From NCBI GenBank assembly GCA_039649125.1, contig JBBWZO010000350.1, forward strand, positions 973 to 64,972: a DNA stretch of 64,000 bases, in the 5' to 3' direction. The notes under the pieces are model-generated. The model was given only the letters and a program-made list of their open reading frames with translations, searched no databases and was not told the DNA's origin. This DNA comes from Massilia sp. (GTDB taxonomy: Bacteria > Pseudomonadota > Gammaproteobacteria > Burkholderiales > Burkholderiaceae_D). Within the stretch, counting starts at the first letter, position 1; the number at the start of each line of letters is the position of its first letter. A program made the position numbers and the translations under genes. This document shows, one piece after another, positions 12,976 through 23,130 of this stretch.

Positions 12976-14031
12976 ATGCGTATTGGTACCCTCCGCGAGC
13001 GCCTGGCGGCGCTCGGCGCGCTGCCGGAACACCAGGCGCGCGTGCTGCGCGACTGGGTGCAGGGCGCGCCGCACGAGCGTGGCCGGCGCCGCCCGGCCGA
13101 CTACCTGCCTAAAGCTGTCCGCGAAGCACTGCCTCAGCTCGACGCCGAGCTGGCGGGGCTGGCGCGCGTCATCAGCGAGCACCCGGCCGAAGACGGTTCC
13201 GCGCGGCTGCTGGTGGGTTTGCAGGACGGCCAGGCGGTCGAAACCGTGCTGCTGCCGCGCGACGGCGTCTGCGTGTCGAGCCAGGTCGGCTGCGCGGTCG
13301 GCTGTGCTTTCTGCATGACCGGACGCGACGGCCTGCTGCGGCAAGTGTCGAGCGGCGAGATCGTGGCGCAGGTCGTGCTGGCCCGCAGCCAGCGTCCCGT
13401 GAAGAAGGTCGTGTTCATGGGCATGGGCGAACCCGCCCACAACCTCGACAACGTGCTGGAGGCCATCGAGCTGCTGGGCGTCGAGGCGAACATCCCGCAC
13501 AAGAACCTGGTGTTCTCCACCGTCGGCGACCCGCGCGCATTCGAGCGCCTGCCGCTGGGACGGGTCAAGCCGGCGCTGGCGATCTCGCTGCATACCACCA
13601 AGCCGGCATTGCGCGCCGAGTTGCTGCCGCGCGCGCCGCGCCTGCTGCCCGATCAGCTGGTCGCGTTCGGCGAACGCTATGCGCGCCTGACCGGTTACCC
13701 GATCCAGTACCAGTGGACGCTGCTGGAGGGCGTGAACGACGGCCAGGACGAGCTCGACGGTATCGTCGCCCTCCTGCGGGGCAAATACGCCATCCTCAAC
13801 ATGATCCCCTACAACACGATCCCCGATCTCGCATTCCGGCGCCCGAGCTGGGAGCGGGCGCGGGCGATCGCCACAGGCCTGCACGCGCGCGGCGTGCTGA
13901 CCAAGCTGCGCGACTCCGCAGGCCAGGACGTCGAGGGCGGCTGCGGCCAGCTGCGCGCCCGTGCCGGGCGCACCATTGCGATCGCGCCGGCAAGAAAGGC
14001 GCCGCAGCACCCGGCCGGCGCCACCGGCTGA
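12976..14031 (+). CDS. RlmN-like radical SAM RNA methyltransferase paralogue
   Basis: CVSSQVGCAVGCAFC, MGMGEP, SLH, GCGQL motifs; short N-terminus and non-canonical gene context. Confidence 0.88.
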   Translation: MRIGTLRERLAALGALPEHQARVLRDWVQGAPHERGRRRPADYLPKAVREALPQLDAELAGLARVISEHPAEDGSARLLVGLQDGQAVETVLLPRDGVCVSSQVGCAVGCAFCMTGRDGLLRQVSSGEIVAQVVLARSQRPVKKVVFMGMGEPAHNLDNVLEAIELLGVEANIPHKNLVFSTVGDPRAFERLPLGRVKPALAISLHTTKPALRAELLPRAPRLLPDQLVAFGERYARLTGYPIQYQWTLLEGVNDGQDELDGIVALLRGKYAILNMIPYNTIPDLAFRRPSWERARAIATGLHARGVLTKLRDSAGQDVEGGCGQLRARAGRTIAIAPARKAPQHPAGATG

Positions 14032-14194
14032 GCGTGGCCGCGTCCTGTCCGGATACCCTGGCCACTGCGCATTGGGGGGGGCGGGCAGGACCCCACCGGA
14101 TCGCAGCACCTGCTTACGATTTGCAGACAATGATCGTCATGACAAACTGCTATCCTCTCGACCCGTTAGCGACCAGCCACGATTCGTCAGGAAG

Positions 14195-14812
14195 ATGAAA
14201 GTACTTCGATTTGTTTTGACCGCAGCTGCCCTGGTGTCGGGAGGCGTCCAGGCGGTGTCCGAGCCCCTGTCTCCCACGCTCCAGCCACAGGCGCCGGCCG
14301 GCGCCACCGCGTTCGACCGCAGCTTCCAGCCTTACCCCCGCACCTACGGGAGCAATCGGGCAGCGGGTCCCAACGACCAGTTGCACACGGGCTTTCGCAC
14401 CGATGCAAGGCTGGTCGGCGGCGCCGAACTCGCGCCGGGCCTTGCCCTCGAGGCCGGCTATGTGCCGGGTTTCGACCGCGGCTTTCATGCCGTCCACGAA
14501 GGCCGGCCCGACGAAGTGGCGGGCGCGCTGGCGGTCGGCGGATACAGTACCCATCTCGCCGGCAAGGTGTCGCTACCGCTGAGCGAGCGGCTGTCGGTCT
14601 ACGGCAAGCTGGGCGTGGCCCACAGCGGGCGCAAGGTCGAGGGGATCCGCGTGACCGACACCGGACTCTATACAGGCGCCGGCGGGCAATACAAGCTGGG
14701 CGAGCATGCGGCCATCGACGCCGAGTACGGACGCCACGGCAACGCCGCCGGCAAGTGGGGCAACAAGACGAACGCCGATGCCGTGAAGGCCAGCGTCAAG
14801 CTCGGGTTCTGA
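14195..14812 (+). CDS. Small outer-membrane beta-barrel (OmpA-like TM domain) protein
   Basis: Signal peptide, ALEAGY, SVYGKLGV, C-terminal Phe. Confidence 0.78.
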   Translation: MKVLRFVLTAAALVSGGVQAVSEPLSPTLQPQAPAGATAFDRSFQPYPRTYGSNRAAGPNDQLHTGFRTDARLVGGAELAPGLALEAGYVPGFDRGFHAVHEGRPDEVAGALAVGGYSTHLAGKVSLPLSERLSVYGKLGVAHSGRKVEGIRVTDTGLYTGAGGQYKLGEHAAIDAEYGRHGNAAGKWGNKTNADAVKASVKLGF

Positions 14813-15001
14813 GCCCGCGGTCACAGCAAAGGGCGCCCGGGTCCGAACGAAAACAGCCTGGATACTGCCTGCGACGTGGTCAAGCGTGGTGCATGGCTTT
14901 CGCATTTGTTTCTGTGCAAAAATAAAGTCTATAGGAACAAGCTCCCTACACTGGCGTTTTGACTGACTCGCCACGGCCGTTTTCGGCCAGACCCAACACA
15001 C

Positions 15002-17434
15002 ATGAACAGCACCTGCGCGCGATGGGGCGACCGTTACCTGGTGGCGACCCATTGGTTCATTCCCCCCGACGCACTGAACGGGCCAGGGGTAGCGCGCACG
15101 CGCGCCGAGAACGTGGTCAACGCGGCCCTGCTGGCCGGCACGGCCGGACCATTCTATGCGCTGGCCTATCACCTGCTCGGTTTCAGTGCGGCCGCGCTCG
15201 AGATCATGCTGTGCTGCGTCATCATGCTCGCCTCGCCCCTGCTGCTGCGTGCCAGCGGCAGCGTGCATGCCGCGCGCGAAGTGTTCCTGTGTGCGCTGTT
15301 CTTCAACTTCACCTGGCTCAGCTATCACCTGGGCGGGATCAGCGCGCCCACCGCGAGCTGGCTGATCACGGCGCCCCTGGTGGCGATGTTCCTCGGCGGC
15401 CTGGGCAGCGCCCTGTTCTGGCTGGCCCTCAGTTGCGGTGCGGCGATCGCCATCTGGGCACTGCCGGGTGCCGGCCATGCGGTGCCGGATCATCCGGTGT
15501 CGGACATGGCGCTGCTGTACCTGGCCTGCCACCTCGGCCTGTTCGTCGTGGTGCTGGTGTTCGCGATGTTGTTCGAGCTGACCAAGAACCAGGGTTTCAT
15601 CAAGCTCGAACAGGCGCTGGGCACCATCAACGAACTGGCGATCCGCGACGAGCTGACCGGCGTGCACAACCGACGCTACCTCATCAGCCTCATCGAGAAG
15701 GAAAAGGAGCGCGGCGACCGCAACGGCTATGCCTTCTGCCTGTGCCTGCTCGACATCGACTTCTTCAAGCGCGTCAACGATACCTACGGGCATAGCGCCG
15801 GCGACACCGTGCTGCGCGCCTTTGCCCGCACCGTGCAGGCGCAGGTGCGCGGCAGCGACAGTTTCGGCCGCTACGGCGGCGAGGAATTTCTCCTGATGCT
15901 GCCCGAAACGCCCGCCAGCGACGCCGTGGTGCTGGCCGAGCGCGTGCGCGGCGCCGTCGAGAAGCTGCGCCCGCAGTACGGCGAGGGCGAGATCGCATTG
16001 ACGGTGTCGATCGGGGTGGCCGAATACCGCCTGGGAGAGGCGATCGGCCTGACGGTCGGGCGCGCCGACGAGGCCTTGTACCTGGCCAAGTCGAGCGGGC
16101 GCAACCGCGTGGTATGCCATGGCATCGAGGAAGCGCCGCTGGAGGCGGCCCTGCGCGACAGCGCACCCGCCGCGCCCCCGCTGCGGGACCCGGGCGCCGG
16201 CGGCGCGCGCATGCTCGACAGCGCGCACTGCGACCAGCTCACGGGCCTGCTGAACCGGCGCCTGCTGCGCGACCGCCTGCGCCATGCGATGGACCGTGCC
16301 GACCGCCGCCGCCTGCGCGATTGCGACACGGTCGCGCGCTGGAGCGGCGACGAATTCGTGGCCCTGCTGGAGGACCTCGGCAGCGAGCGCGATGCCTGCC
16401 GGGTGGCGGAAAAGATCCTCGACGGCTTCGGCCAGCCTTTGAGCGTGGTGGGACGCGAATGCTTCGTCACGCTGTCGGTCGGCGTGGCGCTGTACCCCGC
16501 GCCGGACTGCGACGTCGACGCGCTCCTGAAACGCGCCGACATTGCCATGCGCAGCGCGCGCTCCTGTGGCGAGAACAGCGTGCAGCTGTATTCGGACGGC
16601 GGCAGCGAACGGCAGGGCGAACCGCAGTGCGGGCGCCTGGCCCTGAAGAACGGCCTGCGCGACGCGATCGCGCGCGGCCAGCTGTTCCTCGAATACCAGC
16701 CCCAGGTCGACCTCGCCACGCGCCGCATCGTCGGCGTCGAGGCGCTGCTGCGCTGGGAGCACCCGGTGTATGGCCGGATCGACCCGGGCCGCTTCATCCC
16801 CCTGGCCGAGGAGACCGGCATGATCGTGCCGATCGGCGACTGGGTGCTGCGCACGGCCTGCGCCCAGAACCGCGCCTGGCGCGATGCGGGCCTGCCCGGC
16901 GTGAAGACGGCGGTGAACCTGTCGGCGCGCCAGCTGCGCTACCCGGAGCTGGCGGCGCGGGTGCTGGAGATCATCGGCGCCATCGGGCTGCCGCGCGGCT
17001 GCCTCGACCTCGAGATCACGGAAGGCTTCCTGATCGACGACCTGGAAGCCAACCGCAAGGTATTGGGCGAGCTGCGCGCGGCCGGCGCGCTGGTCTCGAT
17101 CGACGACTTCGGCACCGGCTACTCGAGCCTGAACTACCTGTCCGAACTGCCGGTCGACATCCTCAAGATGGATGGCCTGTTCGTGCGCCGGCTCGGAACC
17201 AGCCCGCGCGACCGGCCGTATGCGATCGCCGAGACCATCGCGGCGATGGCGCACCGGCTCAACCTGCAGGTGATTGCCGAATGCGTCGAAACGGCCGAGC
17301 AGCTGGCCGACCTCGACGCAATGGGCTGCGACGAAGCGCAGGGCTACCTGTTCCACCGCCCGCTGCCGGCGGAAAGCGTGGGCGCGTTGCTGGCGCGCCA
17401 GGCGGCCCAGCTGGCCGTACCCATGCCGGCCTGA
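15002..17434 (+). CDS. Membrane GGDEF - degenerate GGDEF - EAL protein
   Basis: About 6 TM helices, RGSD I-site plus GGEEF, second domain SGDEF with internal deletion, EAL domain with EALLRW and DDFGTGYSSL. Confidence 0.92.
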   Translation: MNSTCARWGDRYLVATHWFIPPDALNGPGVARTRAENVVNAALLAGTAGPFYALAYHLLGFSAAALEIMLCCVIMLASPLLLRASGSVHAAREVFLCALFFNFTWLSYHLGGISAPTASWLITAPLVAMFLGGLGSALFWLALSCGAAIAIWALPGAGHAVPDHPVSDMALLYLACHLGLFVVVLVFAMLFELTKNQGFIKLEQALGTINELAIRDELTGVHNRRYLISLIEKEKERGDRNGYAFCLCLLDIDFFKRVNDTYGHSAGDTVLRAFARTVQAQVRGSDSFGRYGGEEFLLMLPETPASDAVVLAERVRGAVEKLRPQYGEGEIALTVSIGVAEYRLGEAIGLTVGRADEALYLAKSSGRNRVVCHGIEEAPLEAALRDSAPAAPPLRDPGAGGARMLDSAHCDQLTGLLNRRLLRDRLRHAMDRADRRRLRDCDTVARWSGDEFVALLEDLGSERDACRVAEKILDGFGQPLSVVGRECFVTLSVGVALYPAPDCDVDALLKRADIAMRSARSCGENSVQLYSDGGSERQGEPQCGRLALKNGLRDAIARGQLFLEYQPQVDLATRRIVGVEALLRWEHPVYGRIDPGRFIPLAEETGMIVPIGDWVLRTACAQNRAWRDAGLPGVKTAVNLSARQLRYPELAARVLEIIGAIGLPRGCLDLEITEGFLIDDLEANRKVLGELRAAGALVSIDDFGTGYSSLNYLSELPVDILKMDGLFVRRLGTSPRDRPYAIAETIAAMAHRLNLQVIAECVETAEQLADLDAMGCDEAQGYLFHRPLPAESVGALLARQAAQLAVPMPA

Positions 17435-17480
17435 ATCGCCTGGCCGGTTTTCCGGTTTTATCTTCATCGAGGAGCATGCC

Positions 17481-18914
17481 GTGCACGAGGAAACCACCGT
17501 CTTCGAGGGAGGCGACGAGATCGGCGGCCTGCAGGCCCGCGGGGCATTGCGCGGCAGCGCCGCCGGGTTCGCCCAGCCGCGCGGGGCGGATCTGCTGCGC
17601 CGCACCGAGCCGCTCGACGCCTGGTGCGCGCTGCGCGCCGAACATGGCCTGTGGCAGTATGCGCGCGCGATCGACGGCGCGCCCGCGGCCGATGCCTGCG
17701 TGCGCGAGGAGGGCGCTGCGGCAGGTGGGGCCACGCGCGGCATCAATTTCGCCTCGCAGGATTACCTGTCGCTGGCAGCGCACCCGGCGGTACGCGAGGC
17801 CGCGGCGGCGGCCCTGCGCGATGCCGGGCCGCACAGCGCGGGGCCGGCCGGCCTGCTCGGCAACAATCGGCTGTCGCTGGCGCTCGAAGCGGAGCTCGGT
17901 GCGCTCGTGCAGATGGAACACGTCACCCTGTTCCCGAGCGGCTGGACAGCCGCGTTCGGGGCGATCACGGCGCTGGTGCATGGACGCGACTACGTCGTGA
18001 TCGACGAGTGCGCTCAACCGGCGCTGCGCCAGGGCGCGGGCGCCGCCACAGGCAATGTGGTGGCGCACCGGCACCTCGACACGGGGCACGTGCGCGAAAT
18101 CCTGGCGGCGATCCGGGCACGCGACGACGGCGGCCGAAGTAGCAGGGGAAACAGCGGCGACCACGGCATCCTGGTCGTCACCGAGGGCCTGTTCGGCACC
18201 GACGCGGAAGTGCCCGACCTGCCGCTGCTGCAGCACCTGTGCCGCGAGTACGGGGCCACCCTGCTGGTCGACGTCGCCCATGATCTCGGGGTCCTGGGTC
18301 CGGGCGGCACCGGTTCGCCGGGAGAGCAGAAGATGCTGGGCAAGGTCGACCTCGTGACCGGTTCCTTCTCGAAGACCTTTGCCTCGAACGGCGGTTTCGT
18401 CGCCAGCGCCTCGCGCGCGGTGAAGCGCCAGTTGCAGTTGTTCTCGGGCTTCCAGCTGTGCTCGAGTGCCATGTCGCCGGTACAGGCGGCCTGTGTGCTC
18501 GAGGCCCTGCGCATCGCCAGGAGCGTGGAGGGCGATGCGCGGCGCGCGGCGCTCCTGAAGAATGCCCTGGCGCTGCGTGCCCACCTGGCCGAGGCGGGCG
18601 TGCACTGCCTCGGGAGACCGGCGCCGATCGTGCCCTTGTGGGTCGGCCGCGAGCCGGTTGCACGCCTGGCCGGGCGCACGCTGGCGTGCGAGGGCGTATT
18701 CGTCGACGCGCTCGAGTTTCCCGGCGTGGCGCCGGGCGCGGCGCGCCTGCGCCTGCAGGTGACGGCCGATCACCGCCCCGGCCAGTTGCGGCAGGGCGCG
18801 CGCGCCATCGGGGCTGCCGTGTCCGGCGCCGCGATTGTCGTCAAATCGGCACTCGGCACACTCGGCATCGAACCGGCGCCCCGGCCCAGGCGCCGCGAAT
18901 GGGGCCGGGGCTGA
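17481..18914 (+). CDS. PLP-dependent alpha-oxoamine synthase family protein (BioF/Kbl/SPT-like)
   Basis: NFASQDYLSL, VDVAHDLG, GSFSKTF (PLP lysine), ARLRLQV; GAGGAG RBS before GTG 17481. Confidence 0.85.
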   Translation: MHEETTVFEGGDEIGGLQARGALRGSAAGFAQPRGADLLRRTEPLDAWCALRAEHGLWQYARAIDGAPAADACVREEGAAAGGATRGINFASQDYLSLAAHPAVREAAAAALRDAGPHSAGPAGLLGNNRLSLALEAELGALVQMEHVTLFPSGWTAAFGAITALVHGRDYVVIDECAQPALRQGAGAATGNVVAHRHLDTGHVREILAAIRARDDGGRSSRGNSGDHGILVVTEGLFGTDAEVPDLPLLQHLCREYGATLLVDVAHDLGVLGPGGTGSPGEQKMLGKVDLVTGSFSKTFASNGGFVASASRAVKRQLQLFSGFQLCSSAMSPVQAACVLEALRIARSVEGDARRAALLKNALALRAHLAEAGVHCLGRPAPIVPLWVGREPVARLAGRTLACEGVFVDALEFPGVAPGAARLRLQVTADHRPGQLRQGARAIGAAVSGAAIVVKSALGTLGIEPAPRPRRREWGRG

Positions 18915-18991
18915 GCGAGCAGGGCGTACGGCGCCAGCCCCGGGCGGGCATGACGGGGTAAAATAGCCGCTTTATTATTTCGGCTTTTACC

Positions 18992-20383
18992 ATGACCGTC
19001 CGTACCCGATTTGCCCCCAGCCCGACCGGCTATCTCCACCTCGGCGGCGCGCGCACCGCGCTGTATTCCTGGGCTTACGCCCGCCATTTCGGCGGCACCT
19101 TCATCCTGCGCATCGAGGACACGGACCTCGAACGCTCGACGCCGGAAGCGGTGCAGGCGATCCTGGACGGCATGCAGTGGCTGGGTCTGTCGCACGACGA
19201 GGGTCCGTTCTACCAGATGCAGCGCATGGACCGCTACCGTGAAGTCATCCAGGGCATGCTGGAAGCCGGCACTGCCTACCTGTGCTACTGCTCGCCGGAA
19301 GAAGTCGAAGCGATGCGCGAGCGCATGCGCGCCGCCGGCGAAAAACCGCGCTACGACGGTACCTGGCGCCCGGAGCCGGGCAAGGTGCTCCCTGAAGTGC
19401 CGGCAGGCGTCAAGCCGGTGGTGCGCTTCAAGAACCCGCTCGACGGCGAGGTGACCTGGAACGACGTCGTGAAAGGGCCGATCACGATCGCCAACAAGGA
19501 ACTCGACGACCTGATCATCGCGCGCCCGGACGGCACCCCGACCTATAACTTCTGCGTCTCGGTCGACGACTGGGACATGAAGATCACCCATGTGCTGCGC
19601 GGCGACGACCACGTGAACAATACCCCGCGCCAGATCAACATCCTGCGCGCGCTCGGCGCCGAGCTGCCGCAGTACGGCCACCTGCCGATGATCCTGGGGC
19701 CGGACGGCCAGAAACTGTCGAAGCGCCATGGCGCCGTCAGCGTGATGCAATATCCGGAGCAGGGCTATTTGCCGGAAGCGATGCTCAATTATCTGGCGCG
19801 CCTCGGCTGGAGCCACGGCGACGACGAGATCTTCTCGATGGAACAGTTCACCGAGTGGTTCAACCTCGAGCACCTGACCGCCTCGGCAGCCCAGTTTAAT
19901 CCGGAAAAGCTGGCCTGGCTGAACAACCACTATATCAAGGCCGCCGACAACGAGCGCCTGGCGGCGCTGGCACGCCCGAAGATGGAAGCCCAGGGCGCGC
20001 AGTTCGAGAATGCCCCGGCCCTGCCGGCCGTGCTGGCCCTGGTCAAGGACCGCGTCAACACCATCAACGAGCTGGCCGACGCGGCGATGCTGTTCTACCG
20101 CCAGCCGCAGCCGGATGCTGCGCTGCTGGCCCAGCACCTGACCGACGCCGTGCGCCCGGCGCTCGCAAGCTTCGCCGAGCGTTGCCAGACGGTCGAGTGG
20201 AACAAGGCTGCCATTGCCGCCATGCTCAAGGAAGTGCTGGCGGCCCACGGCCTGAAAATGCCGCAGATCGCCATGCCGCTGCGCCTGCTCGTCACCGGGC
20301 AGCTGCAGACGCCGGCCATCGATGCGGTGCTGGAGCTGTTCGGACGCGACACTGTTCTGGCGCGTGTGAACAAAGGTTTGTAA
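18992..20383 (+). CDS. gltX: Glutamyl-tRNA synthetase
   Basis: [26 protein letters not shown] motifs. Confidence 0.99.
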   Translation: MTVRTRFAPSPTGYLHLGGARTALYSWAYARHFGGTFILRIEDTDLERSTPEAVQAILDGMQWLGLSHDEGPFYQMQRMDRYREVIQGMLEAGTAYLCYCSPEEVEAMRERMRAAGEKPRYDGTWRPEPGKVLPEVPAGVKPVVRFKNPLDGEVTWNDVVKGPITIANKELDDLIIARPDGTPTYNFCVSVDDWDMKITHVLRGDDHVNNTPRQINILRALGAELPQYGHLPMILGPDGQKLSKRHGAVSVMQYPEQGYLPEAMLNYLARLGWSHGDDEIFSMEQFTEWFNLEHLTASAAQFNPEKLAWLNNHYIKAADNERLAALARPKMEAQGAQFENAPALPAVLALVKDRVNTINELADAAMLFYRQPQPDAALLAQHLTDAVRPALASFAERCQTVEWNKAAIAAMLKEVLAAHGLKMPQIAMPLRLLVTGQLQTPAIDAVLELFGRDTVLARVNKGL

Positions 20384-20399
20384 TCGCGCAAATCGGGGT

Positions 20400-20427
20400 T
20401 TGCGAAATGCAAGAACCCCGCTATAAT
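20400..20427 (+). promoter_or_regulatory. Sigma70 promoter of tRNA operon
   Basis: TTGCGA-N16-TATAAT upstream of the first tRNA. Confidence 0.6.
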
Positions 20428-20480
20428 GCTCGCACTTCAGCAGCACACGGTAACACAGCAGCACAGTGAATACAGTGTAC

Positions 20481-20556
<76 letters not shown>

Positions 20557-20606
20557 ACTCTGAAGTGCTTATTGTTCACAAGCGTGTTCATAAGCGGTAG
20601 TTCCGG

Positions 20607-20682
20607 GTCCCCATCGTCTAGAGGCCTAGGACATCACCCTTTCACGGTGAGTACCGGGGTTCGAATCCCCGTGGGGACGCCA
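20607..20682 (+). tRNA. tRNA-Glu(TTC)
   Basis: GTCCCCATCGTCTAGAGG...GGGGACGCCA, anticodon TTC. Confidence 0.98.
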
Positions 20683-20769
20683 AGAATTTGGCGGAAGTTT
20701 GCCAAAAGCTGCGCCAGCGGCAGCAGTAGTGGAAGTAAAAGCAGTATGTTATAGTGTTGTTTTCCCGTA

Positions 20770-20845
<76 letters not shown>

Positions 20846-20875
20846 CGTAGGAGAAACAACGCTGTAATCGTCCGG

Positions 20876-20951
20876 GTCCCCATCGTCTAGAGGCCTAGGA
20901 CATCACCCTTTCACGGTGAGTACCGGGGTTCGAATCCCCGTGGGGACGCCA
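20876..20951 (+). tRNA. tRNA-Glu(TTC), second copy
   Basis: Identical to 20607-20682. Confidence 0.98.
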
Positions 20952-20996
20952 AGAATTCGGCAGGTGCAGTAACAGTAGTAATCGGAACAGTTTTAG

Positions 20997-21072
20997 GTCC
21001 CCATCGTCTAGAGGCCTAGGACATCACCCTTTCACGGTGAGTACCGGGGTTCGAATCCCCGTGGGGACGCCA
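20997..21072 (+). tRNA. tRNA-Glu(TTC), third copy
   Basis: Identical to 20607-20682. Confidence 0.98.
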
Positions 21073-21087
21073 GATATGGCAGTAGAG

Positions 21088-21122
21088 AGCAAAAAGCCGC
21101 CTTGTGCGGCTTTTTGCTTTTT
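21088..21122 (+). terminator. Intrinsic terminator of tRNA operon
   Basis: AGCAAAAAGCCGC-cttgt-GCGGCTTTTTGCT hairpin with T tract. Confidence 0.85.
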
Positions 21123-21186
21123 CGCGTCGGCGATTCGACTTCCAGTCCAGTCGTTGTTTATCAGTCATCCAGCCACTTCATCGAAC

Positions 21187-22347
21187 ATGGCCGCTCCCCA
21201 CGAACACGAACACACGCTGTCGCTCGCCATTTTCTGCAAGGTCGTCGACAACTATGGCGACATCGGCATTTGCTGGCGCCTGGCGCGCCAGTTGCACGGC
21301 GAGCATGGCGTCGCCTTGACGCTGTGGGTCGACGACCTGGCCAGTTTCCGGCGCATCTGCCCGGAAGTGGACACGGCCGCCGCAGTCCAGTGCGTGCAGG
21401 GCGTCGAGGTGCGCCACTGGCGCGGCCAGGACGACGACTATGCGCCGGCCGACGTCGCCGACGTCGTCATCGAGTTTTTCGCATGCGACATTCCGCCGAA
21501 ATATATCGAAGCGATGGCCGCGCGCACCCCGAAACCCGTCTGGCTGAACCTGGAGGGCCTGACGGCGGAGGAATGGGTCGAGGGTTGCCACAAGCTGCCG
21601 TCGATGCATCCGCGCCTGAAGCTGACCAAGCACTTCTTCTTCCCGGGCTTCACAAACGGGACCGGCGGCCTGCTGCGCGAAGCGGGGCTCGAGCAGGAGC
21701 GCCTGGCCTTTGGCCCGCAACAGGCGCGCGCTTTCCTGCGCGGCCTCGGCCTGCCCGAGGCGGAAATCGACGCCTTCAAGGTGTCCCTGTTCTGCTACCC
21801 GCATGCGCCGGTGGGCGCGCTGTTCGACGCCTGGCGCGACGGCAAGGAAGCGCTGACCTGCCTGGTGCCCGAAGGCGTGGCGGCGGGCGCCGTGGAGGCC
21901 TTCCTCGGCCGCAAGGGCGTGGCCGGCGCGTCGGCCACGCGGGGGGCGCTGACGCTGCGCGTGCTGCCCTTCGTTCCCCAGCCCGACTACGACCGCCTGC
22001 TGTGGGCCTGCGACCTGAACTTCGTACGCGGCGAGGATTCCTGGGTGCGCGCGCAATGGGCCGGCAAGCCCTTTGCCTGGCACATCTATCCGCAGGATGA
22101 AAACCTGCACCACAAGAAACTGCGCGCTTTCCTCGGGCGCTATGCCGCCGGGCTGGATAGCCTGGACGCGTTTTCCCTGCACTGGAACGGTGCGGCCGGT
22201 GCGGACGGCGACTGGGCCGCGTTGTGGTCGGCCCTGCGGCGCGACGGCGCCCGGATCGAAGCGCGTTCGGCCGAATGGCAGGCCGAGATGTTGAAAAACG
22301 GCGACTTGGCCTCCAACCTGATTGGCTTCGCCGCTGCACTTCGATAG
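21187..22347 (+). CDS. earP: EF-P arginine rhamnosyltransferase EarP
   Basis: [44 protein letters not shown]; directly upstream of efp. Confidence 0.96.
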   Translation: MAAPHEHEHTLSLAIFCKVVDNYGDIGICWRLARQLHGEHGVALTLWVDDLASFRRICPEVDTAAAVQCVQGVEVRHWRGQDDDYAPADVADVVIEFFACDIPPKYIEAMAARTPKPVWLNLEGLTAEEWVEGCHKLPSMHPRLKLTKHFFFPGFTNGTGGLLREAGLEQERLAFGPQQARAFLRGLGLPEAEIDAFKVSLFCYPHAPVGALFDAWRDGKEALTCLVPEGVAAGAVEAFLGRKGVAGASATRGALTLRVLPFVPQPDYDRLLWACDLNFVRGEDSWVRAQWAGKPFAWHIYPQDENLHHKKLRAFLGRYAAGLDSLDAFSLHWNGAAGADGDWAALWSALRRDGARIEARSAEWQAEMLKNGDLASNLIGFAAALR

Positions 22348-22415
22348 GCGCGCAGTCCGTTACGTGGTATCATGCTCTGTTACTGCAACCCCTTTCTTTG
22401 ATTACTCATACTCCT

Positions 22416-22991
22416 ATGAAACCCGCAAAAGAGATTCGTGTCGGCAACATCATCATGGTTGATGAAAAGCCTTTTATCGTCCTGCGTTCCGATGTCAACG
22501 GCTCGAGCCGCACGGGCTTCACCTACAAGTGGAAGATGAAGAATCTTCTGACCAATGCTCCACTGGAAAACGTGTTCCGCGGCGATGACAAGTTCGACGT
22601 CGTCGTGCTGGACAAGAAGCCGGTGACCTACTCGTACTTCGCCGATCCGCTGTACGTCTTCATGGACGAAGAGTACAACCAGTACGAAATCGAAGAAGAG
22701 AACCTGGGCGACGCGCTGGCCTACCTGAAAGACGGTATGGAATGCGAAGCCGTGTTCTACGACGGCAAGGCCATCTCGGTCGAACTGCCGACCACCATCG
22801 CACGCCAGGTCGTCTATACCGAGCCTGCGGTCAAGGGCAACACTTCGGGCAACGTCCTGAAGGAAGCGAAGATCGAGAACGCGATCGAAGCCCACCAGCA
22901 CACCGTCCAGGTGCCGCTGTTCGTGAGCAACGACGACATCATCGAAATCGACACCCGCACCAACGAATACAAGCGCATCGTCCGTAACTGA
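22416..22991 (+). CDS. efp: Elongation factor P (Arg32 type)
   Basis: [31 protein letters not shown] motifs; Arg at position 32. Confidence 0.96.
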   Translation: MKPAKEIRVGNIIMVDEKPFIVLRSDVNGSSRTGFTYKWKMKNLLTNAPLENVFRGDDKFDVVVLDKKPVTYSYFADPLYVFMDEEYNQYEIEEENLGDALAYLKDGMECEAVFYDGKAISVELPTTIARQVVYTEPAVKGNTSGNVLKEAKIENAIEAHQHTVQVPLFVSNDDIIEIDTRTNEYKRIVRN

Positions 22992-23016
22992 TCGATTCGC
23001 AACGGAAACATCGCCG

Positions 23017-23049
23017 AAAAACGCTGCCCCACCGGGCAGCGTTTTTTTT
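23017..23049 (+). terminator. Intrinsic terminator after efp
   Basis: AAAAACGCTGCCC-cacc-GGGCAGCG followed by T8. Confidence 0.9.
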
Positions 23050-23130
23050 CGCCCCTTCGCCCCTTCGGGTGCAAATGGTGTCGAAGGGAAAGCACTGCTA
23101 TGCTATTGCTTTAATACAAAAGAAGGGAAG

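Noticed and set aside
12976-14031. Cfr antibiotic-resistance methyltransferase
   Set aside because: Shared motifs do not distinguish Cfr, and there is no mobile context; called only an RlmN-like paralogue
17481-18914. Direct assignment as bioF, kbl or jqsA/cqsA
   Set aside because: No biotin or threonine-catabolism neighbours and no cognate histidine kinase; N-terminal extension and motif variants differ, so only a family-level call is supported
21037-21186. Upstream start for earP
   Set aside because: Overlaps tRNA-Glu and its terminator
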